A stretch of DNA of 63,520 nucleotides, filler included, from Welwitschia mirabilis (taxonomy: Eukaryota), in NCBI GenBank assembly GCA_051453625.1. It is 7 parts of one record of this genome, joined end to end, with 100 filler letters (N's around TTAATTAATTAA, not from the genome) between each part and the next. Parts side by side here need not be neighbours in the genome. Positions count along the whole stretch, not along the records: positions 61,983 to 63,520 come from JBOZIK010000001.1; 6 more parts are not named here. One strand, given 5' to 3'. A model generated the notes under the pieces. It worked only from the letters and a program-made list of their open reading frames with translations, had not been told where the DNA came from and made no database searches. The translations under genes and the position numbers were made by a program. Shown in pieces: positions 61,983-63,520 of the stretch (its first letter is position 1; each line of letters begins with the position of its first letter).

Positions 61983-63520
61983 GAGTTTGTAAGGATTGAA
62001 GGAGTTTAAAGATTTAAGACTAATAGAATATTCTTTCTTATTCTCAAATAAGGTAGAGTTATGTAATGAAAGGAGTCTTTCTTCTAAAGGATGATGTTGA
62101 ACTAACATGGATGACCTAACTTTTCTTCTATACCTAATTTTTCTTCCATGTCTTTTTTAGTGACATCTAATACTCTAATATTAAACTTTTTGTTGCCTAT
62201 ATAACATTCTTTCATCCCTGTGTGAGTATCAATGATATAATGTGCTGTTACACAAAAGGCTATTCCTAAAAGTAGAGGGTACTCATCATTATATTTAACC
62301 TCTATAATAACCACATCTATGGAGTAGAAATCTTTCTTAATTTGAGTCACTAAGTCTTTGATTACTCCTATAGATTTCTTACTTAATGCATTAGCCAATT
62401 CCAATACTATTTTGGTAGGTTTAATTATCCCTTCTAATCAAAGCTTTTTACAAATGTGTAAAGGCATAATATTGACACTTTCTCCCATATGTATTAGAGA
62501 TTTCTTGATTTTCTTATTTACTTCTAAAAAAACACCAATAGTGGCTACCCATGAATCTTTAAACTTAAGACATTTTTAAGAAACTAAGTTAGAAAGAGAT
62601 TGAGTAATGAATACTTTACTTGGTATTACTCTTTTTTGTTTTCGTTTTACCAAGTCCTTCCAAATTTTATTGTACTTGGGGTTGTCTTGAAGGATCTTCC
62701 AAAATAACAGATTGATAGTAACATCATTCATAATGCTTTTAAACATTCATCATAAATTCAATTATTGTTTAATCTTTCCATCCATGGAGTAGTCTTTTCC
62801 TTAGAATGTTCATTGCTATTATTGGAATTAGGAAAGTTTAGCTGATTAAGAATTTTAATATCATCTTTTTAAGGTTTTTCTTTATATATAAAAGTTAAAG
62901 GTTTCTCATGAGAAGTAGTGTTATATTCACTTCGAGTTACTACTTTTCAATCTTTTGTTACATCATTTAGGTTTAAAATATTTTAAGTGGTAAGTGATCC
63001 TTGAGGTATTTGATTTCTTAACATGTTTTGATGAAAAAGCCCAATTAAATTTTCTAAGTTTTTATTTTGATTTTCTAAGATCTCATTGGTGGCATCTTAT
63101 GTCTTTTTGAGTTCCTCCATTATTTCTCTACAAGAATCATTTTTATTGTATTTAGAAAAATTGGGTTAAGAGTTATGATTTCTGTATTTATTATCAAATG
63201 AAGGTTGGAAAGATATTAAAGGTTTATTATTTATTAGTGGATATTGTTGGTTGTCTTAAAAGTTGTTTGGTCTTTGATTGAATGCATAAAATTTATTGAA
63301 TATGGCCTTTTTACAAGTTGGTAAAGCTGGGCATTTCTTAGTAGAGTGATAGTTTTTATCACATATTTCACAATTGTTAAGTTGATTTAGTAATTTTACT
63401 CAGTTAAATATTTTATGTAACTATCTAATGTAATAGTAAGATCACTAAGTAGGGTGTTAACCTTTGGTTATTCTTCTTCATGTTGCACTTTTTTTGAGTC
63501 TCTAAGCATTTCACCTATAG
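61983..63520 (-). mobile_element. Athila-like gag-protease remnant (minus), runs off the window
   Basis: KSLIHMGESVNIMPLHIC; LELANAL..KSIGVIKDL; YPLLLGIAFC; knuckle CEICDKNYHSTKKC. Homologous to 34.5-36 kb and 50-51.6 kb. Confidence 0.9.

Overview
AT-rich, gap-riddled eukaryotic (plant-type) heterochromatic DNA made almost entirely of decayed, nested LTR retrotransposons. I found no intact host gene, RNA gene or CRISPR array. From left to right: (1) a non-autonomous Tekay/Del chromovirus (gag plus chromodomain, pol deleted) sits in the gag of a Sirevirus (SIRE) copy B, which sits in the RT of SIRE copy A. (2) SIRE copy C (env-like ORF, RNase H, RT, integrase) lies in tandem with copy A and carries four insertions: a multi-LTR Athila-like block, a 2.8 kb short-LTR non-autonomous element, a gag-only Copia block and a near full-length Athila-like Gypsy. 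(3) The rest holds a CACTA end, further Athila-like copies, Tork-like and Ivana-like Copia RT fragments and two more SIRE 5' ends. All coding remnants carry stops or frameshifts, and most elements show heavy C>T/G>A decay. Six N-TTAATTAATTAA-N spacers and many gap-flanking duplications are assembly features. The best candidates for novelty are non-canonical non-autonomous retroelement architectures, not a new host system. Family and lineage names come from motif recognition by eye, and no searches were run.
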